Numbered from the stretch's first letter, positions 37,501-50,231 are shown. The stretch: DNA of 64,000 nucleotides from Macrostomum lignano (GCA_002269645.1 NIVC01000305.1:186001-250000), one strand, 5' to 3'. Notes: generated by a model not told the origin, from the letters alone. Made by a program: numbers and translations.

Positions 37501-37796
37501 CATACATGCGCAACAGTCGGCCGAGTCGGCCGATCCGGCCGACTGATTTGGCAGCCAACCAAGGAAGTCGCAAAAATGCCCACCCAAAAAATACCCACGC
37601 AGTAGTACTAAGTAGCTGACGAGGCATTTTTGCCTGATAAGACAGTCATAGTTACTCCCGCCGTTTACCCAAAGTTGCGTTAATTTTGCTTTAGGGTTTT
37701 TTACATGTAAGTCGCATTTTTGGCCAAAAACTACGTCGCATTTTTGTTAAAACTAAGTCGCACGGCCGACCGAATTTTGGACGTTGCTCATGTATG
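37501..37796. mobile_element. 296-bp MITE (P/hAT-like, 8-bp TSD) carrying a 28S rRNA-derived segment
   Basis: TIRs CATACATGCGCAACAGTC / GACGTTGCTCATGTATG; perfect TSD AGTGTCTT (37493-37500 and 37797-37804); subterminal CGGCCGA motifs. Confidence 0.9.
37607..37670 (-). other. 28S rRNA-derived fragment (helix 69-71 region; not an rRNA gene)
   Basis: 53/64 identical without gaps to the conserved eukaryotic 28S sequence GGGTAAACGGCGGGAGTAACTATGACTCTCTTAAGGTAGCCAAATGCCTCGTCATCTAATTAGT, as recalled from memory. Confidence 0.9.
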
Positions 37797-39847
37797 AGTG
37801 TCTTGGTTGGCTGGGTCAACAGCAGCCTCTTGTGGAATACATGCTCCAGCTCCTGTAGCAGCAACAGACATAGACAGATTTGAATCAAAGTCGTCCAAAA
37901 CAATAAATGATGAAATTGCATCCAAGTAGTTATCATGTTCATCATTGTCAACTGTCTCATCAGACATAGTTTTTAGTAGGACAAAGCTGAAATGTTTGAG
38001 TAATTGAATATTTATACTTTAAAAATTCAAATGTAAATGGAAAGACATTTGCAAAATGCAAATTACATTGTTCAAGTAGCTAACTTAAAAACTTTAATAC
38101 TTTAACTTAAAAAATAGAAGTTTAGCTTTAACTAAATTATACTTATAGAAAATACAATATTTAAGATTTATATAATATACAGAATAATTTATATAATCTA
38201 TATTTAGAATATAATTTCTCTAAACTTAGTGATTGTAAAAGGTAGTTTTCTGATTGCCTAGTCTCTGAAAAGTTTATCCTAAATAAAAAATGTTATATCT
38301 ATTGGGAAACAATAAAACATTCTTCGAATTTAGAATATGAACTCTCTAAATAAATTATAGGCTAGGCAATCATAGAACTGCATCTATATATATTATGATC
38401 ATTGAAAGTGATAACTAAGGATTTGCTTCTAGTATAAATAAAAAATAAATAACATAAATAAATAAATAAACATAGTCAACCAGATTGAAAAGTTACAACC
38501 TTTTGCACCAGTGAGCAACTTCTTTAGGATCTTATTTCAATGACAACTCATACCATGCCATGAGACTTATTATGTAATCATCATACTGAGGAATATGGCT
38601 ATCCCACCAAAACTTTTTCCCTTCAACAATCACTAAGTTAGATAGAGAAGGTAGCTAGCAAAGTTAAATGTCCCCTGACAGTCCATAGCAATCATTGATC
38701 TGGCCTGGCAGTTGTGCTATAGAGATGGCTATATTGACCTCAGCTTATAAGCACTACATTATCTGCTTCCCTATTGGAATAAGTTGTAAAAACCTATGGA
38801 CACATCTTATAGACAGCATGGAGAAAAAAGTTGGTTGAAACTGTGTTATATACCATGGGAAAATATTTTTATGAAGAACTATGCCATATACATATACATT
38901 TATTTTTATCACCTACAGAATCAATTGAAATGCTATATATCAAGATCATACAATACTTGTCTTTTAATTCCTTTCATAAATACTTTTTGCTTTGTTTGTC
39001 ATTAAAGATTGTTTGAAGCTCTTTTAAATTGCAAAACTCGCTGCTCATATCTCCTTTATCTATTGAATTATTATTAATATTAAATACACTGACATATACT
39101 GGCAAAACAGGCTTCTTGTCTGAGCCAAATTTACTAGGGGGCCTACTACTACTAAAATTCATAATGTTTACTGCTTTTGAACTTCAGCTTTTGGAGTGGT
39201 CTATTGCATATTCAAACTGTTAAAACAAACTTTGTGCATAAAGCGAAAATTACAAATTCAACTGATGCAAAAGAAGCAAATCCTTTGAATTATATTATTT
39301 TAAATCTGAATTTCTCTAGCAAATGTGGTCAAGAGTTTAGGTAGTAATGTACATTTCACGTCAATGCACTTTTTCTCGTTTTGAACAACAGTGAAGTCAA
39401 GAAAAGCTATTTCATTTATCTAGCATTCTGACTGATTAAAGTGATAACATTTTATGTAAGTTTGCAGTGATCTAGAGCCTGCAAACACTCCTTTTAAACC
39501 CAGACTGTCAACTTATTTAGATATAACAAAACATTGCGGAAATTGCAATTCTGATTAAGTGAACGAAACAAAATTGAAATTAAATTAAGCAAGAAAAGTG
39601 AAGGAATTGCACTTTTAAAAAGAAAATTGCACTTTCTGCACTTTCTGCAATATTCTTGCAATTTTGCACAATTTTTTGCCAATTTGCTTGCTTAGTGTTA
39701 GACCTATTGTTGGCAGTTATGTTAGCAAAGTTTTTTTGCAAAAGACAATATGCAAAATTGCACTTTGTACCCAATTTTAAGGTGCAATTTTAAGGCTCAA
39801 AGTATAATTTCTTTAATTTCAAAGGACTAGGTAGGAATATATGCAAG

Positions 39848-40990
39848 TCTCTACCTATAAAAATGAAAGCTCTATTAATCTGTCTGTTTGTATATATATA
39901 ATTTAGTTTTGATTGCTATGGACTCCTAAATTGCTTGATCAAATTACACCAAATTTTGAACTTATTATAAACTCACTTTAGAGAATGTATTAAGCCTAGG
40001 CTACCTTAAAATTTCTTAAATCCAAGTCTTCTTACCTAAATCTTCTATATACAAATTTTATGTTGTTTTTTATCTGTTTGCCTATTATTGATTTTCTAAA
40101 AAAAACCATATAGCTAATTTTTCTAAATAGTTTTAAAAATTTTGTTTTTTTGGCAATCATGCATAACTTTTTGTTGCAAAATTCAAATTAAAAATGGGTC
40201 AAATGTTCAAAAATGATTTTTTTATCTTTTCAGTGTTTGAATTCTAGATTTAAATGTCCTTATAGGCATTGAATGTGCTAGTCATATGTAAAAGTGCAAA
40301 AAACTGCTCAAAATATACAATTTTTTTATTAAATCTTCTATAGCCTTGTTCCAGTTTTACCAATCGTTTTTTAAATTTGACATAAACAATCCAACTATTT
40401 TGACACAATTGTAAACAATTTTAAGTCTCAAAGTTAATCTTGAATGGCTCTGTGCCTTTTAAAGTTAAATTGTTTTATTGTTAGCAAGGTAGCCACCCCA
40501 AATTCTGCTTGCCTTTCTTTTCTAATCTGGGCTTAGATATGTAAAATCTCTACCTATAAAAATCAAAACTCTGTGTGTCTGTGGTCTGTCTGTGGACAAT
40601 TTTGATCGCTATGGACTCCCAAACTGCTCAACCAAATTATACCAAACTTTACACCCACCCTAAACTTACTACAGAGAATGTCTTAGGCTACCTTTTAATT
40701 TCCTAAATTTGAGTCTTCCTAACTAAAAGTACAAAAACTGCTTAAAATGCGCAATTTTTTCACTTAATCCTCTATAGCGCCGCTCCACTTCTATCGATTC
40801 TCTTCAAATTTGACACAGATAATCTTAAACTATTTTGGCACAATCATGTAAAATTTCAAGTCTCAAAGTTAATCCTGAGCGGTGCTGTGCACTTTTAAAG
40901 TTAGGCTGTTTTTTTCAGCATAGCAACCACCCCAACCTCTGCCCGCCTGCCTCTCTTTCCCGATCCTTATCTGGGCCCAGATATGTAAAA
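39848..40990 (+). mobile_element. Two head-to-tail diverged units of a non-autonomous Helitron-like repeat (39848-40546 and 40547-40990)
   Basis: Both start TCTCTACCTATAAAAAT...TCTGTCTGT...GCTATGGACTCC..AA, like DINE-1/Helitron 5' ends; they share downstream sequence; no 3' CTAG hairpin found. Confidence 0.45.
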
Positions 40991-41029
40991 GGGTTTCAAA
41001 ATTGACTAACTTTCATCTTAGTCAATAAA

Positions 41030-42300
41030 ATTGACTAAGATGAAAAAGAAGAGAGGTGAGGAAAGAGATGATAGAAGAGATGAGAGGAGAGAGTGGAGAG
41101 AAAAGAAGAGAAAGGAGAGAGGAGAGATGAGGGAAGTGTTGAGAGAGGGTAATATAATGAGTGAGAAGAGAGGAAAGGAAAGGGAAGAGAGAGTAAAGAG
41201 CAGAGAGAGAAGAAAGAGGAGAGAGCAGAGAGAAATAAGAAGAGATAAAAGAGGAGAAAGGAGAGATGAAAGAGCAGAGACGAGAGAGAAGAGAAGAAAG
41301 GAAAGAGAAACGAATAGAGGGAAGAAACAAAAGAAGAGGGGACAGAGGAGAGAAGAAAGAAGAGATGAGAGAAGAGAGAAGAGACAAGAGACAAAAGAGA
41401 AGTGAGAAAACAGAAGAGAAGATAGAAGTTTCAAAGGATGCAAGGGACATAGGGAGAGGCAGAGGTAGAGGCCAGAGTTTTCTTGACATTCTGCGCAGCA
41501 CCCCAGCCAACAATATCAATGTTTGCCTCAAATCCTAATTTTACATGAATGTACTCTATTTTATATTTAACTCTATCCTAAATGTTTTTTTTTGAGTTTA
41601 ATCTTAATATATGCAAAAATAGTTCCAGGGATTGGAATTCCCTGGGTTTAAAATCTGCGGGTTTTAACAGCTTGTAGGTTATGAAATTAACTACTAGAAA
41701 GAAAAGGAATAGAAGAAAGATAAAGTTGTAAAGATAAGAGAAGTATAAAGAAAGATAAGAAATGAGAGATAAAAGATAAATGAAAGGAAAAGACTAGAAA
41801 GAAAAAAAGAGATTAAAAGGGAGAGTATAAAAAAGAGTAGATGCTAAAGAAAAAAAATATATAAGAGGAGAGAGAAAAAAGAGTAAAGAGGAAAGATAAA
41901 AGTGTAAAGGAAAAAGTTTATAGAATAAAGGAGAAAAAGAGAAGAAGGAAGTATTAAGAGAGGGGAGAGTCAGGAATGAAAAGAAAGTTGAAGAGAGAGA
42001 GTAAATAGCAGAAAGAAATGAGAAATGATAAAAAAAGAGAAAGGAAAAGAGCAAACAAGATAGAAAAGAATAGAGAAGAGAAGGAAGAGACAAAAAAGGA
42101 AAGGAAAGAGAAAAGAGCAAAGAGAAAAAAGAAAAAGAGAAAGAGAAGAAAAGAGAAAAGATTAGATAAAAGAGATGAAAAAAGAAAAATGAAGGAAGAT
42201 ACAAGAGGAAAGAGAAGCAAAAAAAGAAGAGAAAAAATAAGAAGATAGAAAAAATAAAAAAGACAAGACAAAAAAGAAGAAAAAAACAGAAGAGAAGATA
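41030..42300 (+). repeat. Two GA-rich low-complexity tracts (about 41030-41420 and 41700-42300), each followed by a shared ~270-bp duplicated segment
   Basis: Near-pure purine tracts; AAGTTTCAAAGGAT.CAAGGGACATAGGG recurs at about 41427 and 42303. Confidence 0.85.
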
Positions 42301-43419
42301 AAAGTTTCAAAGGATCCAAGGGACATAGGGAAAGTCTTAGGCAAAAGCCAGAGTTTGCCAATATATGTTTTAGAATTAGATAGACATTGCTTGATATTTA
42401 GCTTAGTACCCCAACTAACAAAATCAAATGTTTGCCTCAAAATCTAATTTTACAAAAATGTATTTAATTTTATGTTACCTCTATCCTACTAACTAATAAC
42501 AAGTTTTTGTTTCAATATGGCCTCATATTTCAATATATATATGCAAAAATATTTCTAGGGATTTGAATTCCCTGGGTTCAAAATTTGTAGGTTTCAATGG
42601 CTTGTATATCTACATATTTTCTTGTGTTCAAAGTATGCTTTGGCCTCTCAACTTGTGTGATTTTCTAGATCTTATTTTTGGCAATGTAAATGTCAAAATA
42701 AGGTGTAAAGATAAGTTTTGAAACAGCATTTAAACTGCATTTTTTGAATTTTAAGCATAAATTTAGGGTATATAAATTTGCTCATTCAAGTACTACTCCT
42801 TGGATTCTTGAAGATGTTCCTAGAAATAGAACCCACTGCTCCTAAAGTAGCTAAATAGTACCATTGTACTACCTATCAGTTTGCCTGAAAATGAACCTAA
42901 AAGATTAGCCTTGACTTGGTAGGGTTGCTGCCACCTTGGTATGCGGACTCAACGCATCGGCAGAGTTGTCTATCTGCCACCTGAAATAAAATAACAAAGT
43001 CACTCAGAGCAAAGGCAAATCTGAAAAATGTCTTGACAGTCATTCGTCTTAGTAAAATGCTGCTCGAACCTAAAAACCTGAAAAACCTGAAATGAGAGAA
43101 AAGAGCTCAGAGAAGGCTTCACGAGTCACTAAGTCAGCCACAATGCTCCGTGAGATGACACAGTTGGGAGAAAAATGGCTCGCAGATGCTCCGTATTTAT
43201 AGCCAAGCAGACCCCCCAAAAGTCACGTGAGTATCATGTGGTAAGCGCGTGAAACTTCCTTTTTTGGTCACAAAAATCATGCAAGTGACGCGTGATTCAA
43301 GGCCAACTTCCAAATAAGGCAACCCTGTCACGCGGCAGTGGTGTGACCCAAGGTCAGTGGCCACGCACAGCATGCGTGCACAGTCATGTGCTTATTCTGT
43401 GCTAAAAATAGAACTTGGG

Positions 43420-43540
43420 TAGATGAGTCATCCTGTTTATTCCCTCTAGGCAGCCTTTACACTCCACGCAAGTGATGAGTCATCCTGTTTATTCCCTCTA
43501 GGCAGCCCTTACACTCCGCGCAAATGATGAGTCATCCTGC
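43420..43540. repeat. 52-bp tandem repeat (2+ copies) containing TGAGTCATCCTG
   Basis: Seen directly, within a CpG-retaining promoter/LTR-like block (TATA-like TATAAATA on the minus strand near 43200). Confidence 0.8.
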
Positions 43541-44059
43541 TACACCTCAACGCGAGTGGAAGACATTAAGTGTGGCTGCCCGCGCCTGCTCAGGCAATGA
43601 GTCATTGGGCAGTAAACACTTAGGCCCAGCATAGGGTATCTCTCTCACTAGATCAGGTGGACTGAAATACTGTGCAGAGGATCACAGCACTCTTAGGGAA
43701 AGCTAGTGAATGCTGTTGAATAACTAGCTAGCAGCTAGTCACTACACTGCTCATTGTATATATAAAGATATTTCAATGTAAATATATATCTATTTAGAGG
43801 CTAATACTAGCTTAATTTAAAGTTTTATTACTTCTGCCTATTATTATAATTGTCAGTTAGCTATTAATAGGTCCTTAAGCTTACTAATCATTAGGCTAAG
43901 GCTCAACTATTAGATCTATAATCTAGGCCTTGTTTAGGAATAAACTAAATTAGTAAGTTAATAATCTCTAATTTTATTTAAGATAGCATTATATTTAATA
44001 TTTAATTCCTATTTACTTGCATTTGCCTCCGTGGCTATTTGCATGGCTAAGTCATTAGC

Positions 44060-44520
44060 TGTTGTATGATACTTTCTTTAATAATAATATCCCCACTACT
44101 AACACTAGCAATTGTAGGGCTATTCTCACTCCTATTTTCTGGTTTGTCTAAAGCTGCCACCAAAGTGGATACAAGGTTAAACTTCTTTCCATTAATTAAT
44201 GTACTTTTGTATTAATGCACTAACTTATTGGTAGTGTGACTACTTCTCTGTCTACTTCTATATATCTACATCTACTTATCTTATTGGTAGCATTTGTATA
44301 TTAATTATACTCTTTGGCCTGAGTGGTATAATGGCACTATCTATTCCTACTATCTCTTAGTCCTGGGCATTCTCGGGACTAGAAGGTCATAGCCTTATGC
44401 AGTTTTCTCTGCCCTAAGGTGATTTCTCTTGCCTTGGGGCAGTTATACACTCTATAGGGTTATTGCCCTAATGCAATTCTTGCTTCTTAGCGGTTCTCTA
44501 ATTCTCCCAATAAGGGGCTG
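44060..44520 (-). pseudogene. Highly decayed LTR-retrotransposon gag (zinc knuckle)/protease remnant
   Basis: Degraded CYNC...SRECP knuckle-like words across several frames, with many stops. Confidence 0.25.
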
Positions 44521-46432
44521 AATACTCTAGAAAAAAAATAAGTCAATTTGAACAACAGCTTTTTAAAGATTTAGTAAGGACTTATATTAAACTTTGCTTG
44601 CAATTAGAAGCTTGCGGCAAGTTGCTTCTCTTGGCTCACTCGGGGCTTCTATTTATATCAATATTTCTTGCAGTTTAAAACAAATGCTTATGGTGAGAAT
44701 ATTTCTGCAAATCACATTTAAGCAAAGGTTAGTTTTAGCTCAAATTTGAAAAATGTTTTTTTACAAAATATAGGCCAAATGAGTAAATTTAAAACATTCG
44801 TACATATTACAAGTGCCCTTCCTCAACTTGCCTTTCCTAATATAAATTTTGAACAAAGAAAGTTATAGAATTTATGCATGAAAAAATATATACATGTAAA
44901 ATTGTTACCATGAGTACAATGAATATAATTTTTGTCAATCAGAAAAGATGCAACACATGAAAATTAGCTAGAAAAAATGTATATATAAGCTAAGCAATGC
45001 AAAAATAGATTGTTTTTAGGCAGAAAGGTGCTTATATAAGCAATGCAATAAAAATGGCTAGAAAAAGTGCTGATTAAAGTATATAGAATATAGTATAGAA
45101 TATACAACAAAGATAATTTCTAAGTAAAAAAAACATAGAAATACCACTTGTTATTAAGGCATAAAGAAAAACCCTGCTAAGTGATTCAGCATCAACACCT
45201 TCCCTGGCCAGAAACTGACAAATGCTTTTCACTGCAGCAGGACACAGCTTGTCTATCCTAGCGTCACTTTCAGAGTCAAGGTCAGGTGTTTTTTTCCTCG
45301 TTTAGCTGCATTGGCCACTGCTGCTGCTGATGCCAATTGCAACGTCCACTGTATCCTTGCAATGGCTGCAGCTGTTGCGGGCATGCACTGAGCGGTTTCC
45401 ATTTGCCAAACCGTCCATATGGGAGTTGTCAGTGTCACTGGCATTAACATCTTGGGGGTGGCGTTGGAGCTCAAAATGCTTCTTTGCCCCACCAATTAGG
45501 ACAGTAGTGGTGAGGCATTGAATGTCAGCAGTTCTGGCTCCGGCAGGTTGACCTATATAACAACCATTGCTTAATGCTGTTAGCAATTATTAGACCTCGC
45601 TCTCTCTGCATTGCTATCCTCAGATGTCAGAGTGCTCTAAATTATTGAATATGAAATGATAGGAAGGTTAAAAAAACACAATGTTACCTAATGTACAAAA
45701 TAACTATTTGAATAAAGTGGAAGATGTCTTGATAAAAAGAGAGCATCTTTATTTGTAGTTTATTGATGATAAAAGATGAGAGAAATGGGAAATTGTTATA
45801 ATTATTTTACTCTTCCAATTTATTGGCAGGCAATCGGTCTCAGCCCCCAGTCTGCCATGACTTGCCCTTCCTGGCTGTTCTGTGAGTGTGCTCACGCTAG
45901 GGCCAACTAGTCTTCTTCCTTTTTGCCCTTTGCGTCTTTATATATTAAATAGGAATAAAGTCAAAATGCATGTGATTATAAGCTAATTAATAAAAGTTAA
46001 GCAGTACTTACCGACATGTTTGGTAAGTGGTTTCTCTTGCCTACATTGACTTAAGGAATAGTGTTGAAGATGCCATCAGCACCTTTATTTTTTATTTATC
46101 AAGTCAGATGAAATTTATTGTTGGCTCTGTGTCCGTTTCTTCATCAAGCACTACTTATACAACGATACCGTTGTACCATTTGTTCTCGTACAGTGATACT
46201 TTCCAAGCTGTACTTATTGTAGATACCATAGCTGATCCAGTTCTCAGTAGTAAAATCTTGGAATTCTCCTAAAGCAATACTAGCGCCTATTTCTAAAATC
46301 TGCTTGTCACCCAGAAAGAACACCAAAAACCTGAGCTTGTCCATGACACACACAAGGTATTATAGGAAAATGAATTAATGTGTATAGTAATGGGGTGAAG
46401 TAGTATGCAAAAGGGACTATCTAGGACAAAAA

Positions 46433-46897
46433 TTATCGCAGCCTCCATAATCCACAAACTAATACCTTTATTCTTCCCAAAGAGATCTCTTCATCATTGA
46501 AATCAACACCCATCCCATCTTCAGTCTCAAACTGTAGCACATTCTCGTGAATCTCCTTATTACTCAATACAACTCTTTTCACTGGATTTGGTTTCTCTAC
46601 CAGCATCTGTCCTCCAGCTACAGAATTAGAGATGTACAAAATATTCGTTCGCTTTCCCTTAAATACCCAATCAAGACTGAGATTACTTCTGATTAGAATA
46701 TTCAAACCCTTTACAAAGTCTGCAATATTGGGTGCTAAGAACAAACCGCTTACACTTTCGCAGGCCATGCTAATCACCCCCGATGATTTCAGTGCTTGAG
46801 TGTCAGCGCTTCCGCGCCGTGGATTCTGCCTTATAAACTTTCTTCTGGAATCCCAATTCTTTATGCCAAGTGTCATCTTTAAACTATACCCCCGCAT
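46433..46897 (-). pseudogene. Polinton minor capsid (penton)-like fragment
   Basis: C-terminal LQFETEDGMGVDFNDEEISL resembles Polinton minor capsid ends; lies next to the MCP fragment. Confidence 0.5.
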
Positions 46898-46924
46898 CTT
46901 TGTGAACTTGCATGACCACTTTCA

Positions 46925-47545
46925 TTACAGTGAGATCATAGAGAGATCATAGAGATCATCTGCTTTTAGAGCAGTCTTTGGCTCAATGACTTCCAAATAC
47001 AGCTCAATTCCGGTTAGCTTCACATCCATCCTAGCGTGGTCCGCCCCAATCCACAACAATTTCCTGCGATCATCTCTAGTCATCTTAAAGGTGTAGCTAA
47101 AGTTACTAGTCAGTCGATTAAATGTATTACAGAATCCACTCATGAATCTCAATGGTACAAATACATCAACAGACCGATACAGCGGGTTCTTAGCAGCATC
47201 ATCAGCACCTTGCAATGCATAGTTGTATCTCTTCTTCCTATTTTTATAACCACTGTCATTGATATCTCCTTCTTTTTCATCTGCAATAAAACCCGCACCA
47301 CTTCCCAACTGAATAAAATCAGGATGCTTGATCAAACAATGAGCGTCATAGACAATTCCAAAGTTGGAGATTCGCTCCAACTCTGTGCTCCCATTCGATA
47401 CACTAAACTCCTGGAACATGTACGCCCAAAAGTTACTGATCAAAGCCACATCGGCATCATGCTTGTCAACGTTAGCATGAGCTGCATCCGTACCACCTTT
47501 CGTCTTGAATTAAAATGTCATATGGAAGCCGCTCTTAAGACTGTG
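46925..47545 (-). pseudogene. Polinton major capsid protein N-terminal/middle fragment
   Basis: LISNFWAYMFQEF...LERISNFG ... NDSGYKNRK ... FVPLRFMSGFC ... FKMTRD matches the double jelly-roll MCP pattern; C-terminal half absent. Confidence 0.65.
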
Positions 47546-47579
47546 CACACTAACCAGAGACGAACATCCATTGTAAGCT

Positions 47580-48130
47580 AATGAGTTTGTCCAAGCAGCT
47601 ACAGAGTTTCATAAACCCGGGTATGGTGAAGCTAAGAAAAATATTGATCAGGTCAAAGAAACTATCGACGACATACAGGAAACCCAGGTGCAAAAGGCTT
47701 TGGGCAAAATTCAAGAAGCACCACAGATACAACCGCAACCACAACAATCACAACTAAAAGTGACAGATAACATTTTTGGACCAGTAGAGCGTGTAGAACA
47801 TGATGGAAAATATGTATTTGGAATATGTATGTGGAGAAAAAAACATTTATAATGAACCAGTGAAATAATATAGCTCGTATCGACAAATAAGAATTTTCTG
47901 TTGTCAAAGAGCATTCCTTTTACAGATGTCTTACTGACTTTTATGACCAAGAACCAGGAGAAAATCTCCGAAAAGCAGCTGAAGAACTACAGAAATCCTG
48001 TCGCTTTTGCTCTTGCTAGAGATATAGAAATACTAAAGGCCCCAGAAGTTCTAAAACACATGTACGATAGCGGTGTCAACCTGACTAGATTAAAAAATTA
48101 CAAGCACATCAAAGTATGGTTCGGTTTGCC
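47580..48130 (+). pseudogene. Polinton hypothetical ORF, frameshifted
   Basis: DNIFGPVERVEHDGKYVFG ... LLTFMTKNQEKISEKQLKNY in different frames; call rests on context only. Confidence 0.35.
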
Positions 48131-48146
48131 AGATTAGGGGGAAGTC

Positions 48147-48398
48147 ATGAAATATCTAGAACAACAACATCAGCAACAGAAAGACGTGGACAAATACTAT
48201 GACAAGGAGGAACTTAATCTAATTAAGCGTGGATCCGGACTTCACCCAGCAGGTCACTATCCAAGGAAAGAACGCTCAGGGACTGGTCTTGCTGATATAA
48301 TTGCACAGGTTGCTCGGATCGCTAAAGTCATTAGTGAGAACAAAGATAATATTAAGAACGTGGCTGACTCTGTGGGACGTGTTGTCACTGCGGCCTAA
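48147..48398 (+). CDS. Polinton core-like small protein with GxGL motifs
   Basis: KRGSGL and RSGTGL (candidate adenain-type cleavage sites) followed by the amphipathic helix LADIIAQVARIAKVIS. Confidence 0.45.
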   Translation: MKYLEQQHQQQKDVDKYYDKEELNLIKRGSGLHPAGHYPRKERSGTGLADIIAQVARIAKVISENKDNIKNVADSVGRVVTAA

Positions 48399-48585
48399 AA
48401 GATAAAAAATTCTGTAACAGAAAGTAGGCCTTAACAAGACCACTGGCTCCACTGGCCCCAAATCCAGACAGTGTGGACCCTGCAATCAATGAAAAGATGA
48501 GATCTAGCATTAGAATAGGAAGTGGTTTTAAATTTGACTAAATGGTACTTTCCGAGGGTACAAGACATGTAAGCGTACAAGACTA

Positions 48586-48733
48586 GTCCCAAAAAGACAC
48601 ATCCAAGTCCCAAAGTGACACATTTAAGTCAAAAAATGACACATTCGAGTCCCAAAATGAGACATCAAAGTCCCAAAATGACACATTAAAGTCCCAAAAT
48701 GACACATCTAAGTCCGAAGATGACATATCTAAA
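48586..48733. repeat. About 21-bp tandem repeat (AAGTCCCAAAATGACACATT), about 7 copies
   Basis: Seen directly. Confidence 0.85.
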
Positions 48734-48770
48734 TGATTTAATATTTAATTTTTTTTCATCATAGAAAAAA

Positions 48771-49300
48771 ATGGACTTTTCAAACGACTTCAATCCTCAC
48801 TGGACGCGCAATCAGATTAAGTTTTCTCATCACGAGTCAATCCCGAGTCACTTCAGATGCATTGTTGTTGGTTCATCAGGTTCAGGTAAAACATTCAGTC
48901 TTTAACATGCTTGTTAGACCTGGCTTTATCGACTATGACACTCTGCACATCTACTCTCCCACACTGTATCAAGATGAGTATAAAATGCTGATTGCAGGGC
49001 TTCAAAACAAGCTGAACAAAGAGGACATTATTGCATGTTTTAATAACCAACAAAACCTTCCCAGTAACCCAGAAATTATGGTGCCGAATATGCAAAGCAC
49101 CTCAAAGACAATGAAAAATGGCACAACATTAAAGTGTTCACCTATGGAGATCCGCAGGTGGATCCAAAGACCAAACTTCTACCCCATCCAGATGAGCTAG
49201 AAAAAGGGAGAAAGCATTTGATCGTCTTTGGTGATTGTATGACAAGCCCACAGAAGCAGATAGAAAACTATTTTCAAGAGGACGACATAACAATTGTAAT
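48771..49300 (+). pseudogene. A32/FtsK-like packaging ATPase, frameshifted and 3'-truncated
   Basis: MDFS...CIVVGSSGSGKT (Walker A); LIVFGDCM (Walker B with D-to-G); RGRHNNCN in a shifted frame. Confidence 0.85.
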
Positions 49301-49305
49301 ATAAT

Positions 49306-50231
49306 TTAATAATTTAATAGCGTAAAGTTGTCGCCGGTGCAGACAGCTTTACGCTTCAATAGCTTCCTTCCAGGCCTCGCATTTGTAGAAGAGGTCTCTC
49401 CGAGGAGTACCATCATGTATGTCGAACTGCTTCGTTGACTCGGCGAGCCGCCAACGTCGTGACTCATCGACGTGGCCGACTCCGGGCTTCGTTGACTCGG
49501 TGAGCCGCCAACGTTGTCGCGGCTCATCGGCGTGGCCGACTCCGGGCTTCGTTGACTCTGCGAGTCGCCAACGTTCTCACTGCAATCACGAAAGATCTCC
49601 GAATGTTCGGCCAGGCCGTTCACGCCCACGCTTCCGCGACCAATAACATCCAGCACTAAGTTGTCAATTTCACTTAGCTGTTTTTCGTGGCCTCCCCCGT
49701 TACAAGTCCTTCTCGATTCATCGACTTTCTTGAGTGCCGCCAGTCGTAGATTTTTCCATAGTGTGTCGCGCAACTGCATTATTGACTTGTTCACGCCTTG
49801 AGCGTCCAGGATGGACTTTATTTCCGTCCACGCTTGCAACTTTTTTTCTTTCTCCGTCCGCTAGATCATTGAACTTCCCCATCAGCACGTCTCTTCAACG
49901 TAGCATCTCCGTCAAAAAGATTTTCTTGCTCTCTGTCGAAACCATTCTACTCGCATTAATCCAACCGGCTTTGCTTTTTCGCTAATTATTGGCACTCCGT
50001 GCTATGCGACCTCAATCATCTTTGTTAGCAGCACAAGAATCTTAACAGTGAAACATTTGTCTATGGCCAAATCCACGACTTATAAGGCAAGCCGTTAGAA
50101 ATAAGCTGTGGCTTACAAACCACGGCTTTTTAGCAATCGTTTATAAAACGCTTTTTGAACAACTGCTGAAAGTTGCAGCTTAACGAGCAGCAGCTTACGG
50201 CTTACGGCTAGCTTTTTTATGAAATCGGCCC
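49306..50231 (-). mobile_element. PIF/Harbinger fragment: Myb/SANT-like ORF with internal stop, plus one TIR
   Basis: KKIFLTEMLR*RDVLMGKF...KKLQAWTEI...LWKNLR...TCNGGG is a Myb/SANT-like domain; terminus GGGCCGATTTCATAAAA next to CAG; transposase side deleted. Confidence 0.75.

Noticed and set aside
37607-37670. rRNA gene
   Set aside because: Only 64 bp, embedded in a MITE, with no flanking rDNA.
41018-42440. Lys/Arg/Glu-rich and Leu/Ser/Phe-rich ORFs
   Set aside because: Artefacts of GA-rich low-complexity DNA.
45250-46360. Exon-like patches (also 38600-39200, 51400-51510 and 56945-57110)
   Set aside because: They have splice-like ends and moderate GC, but no recognisable motifs or consistent reading frame, so they were left unannotated.
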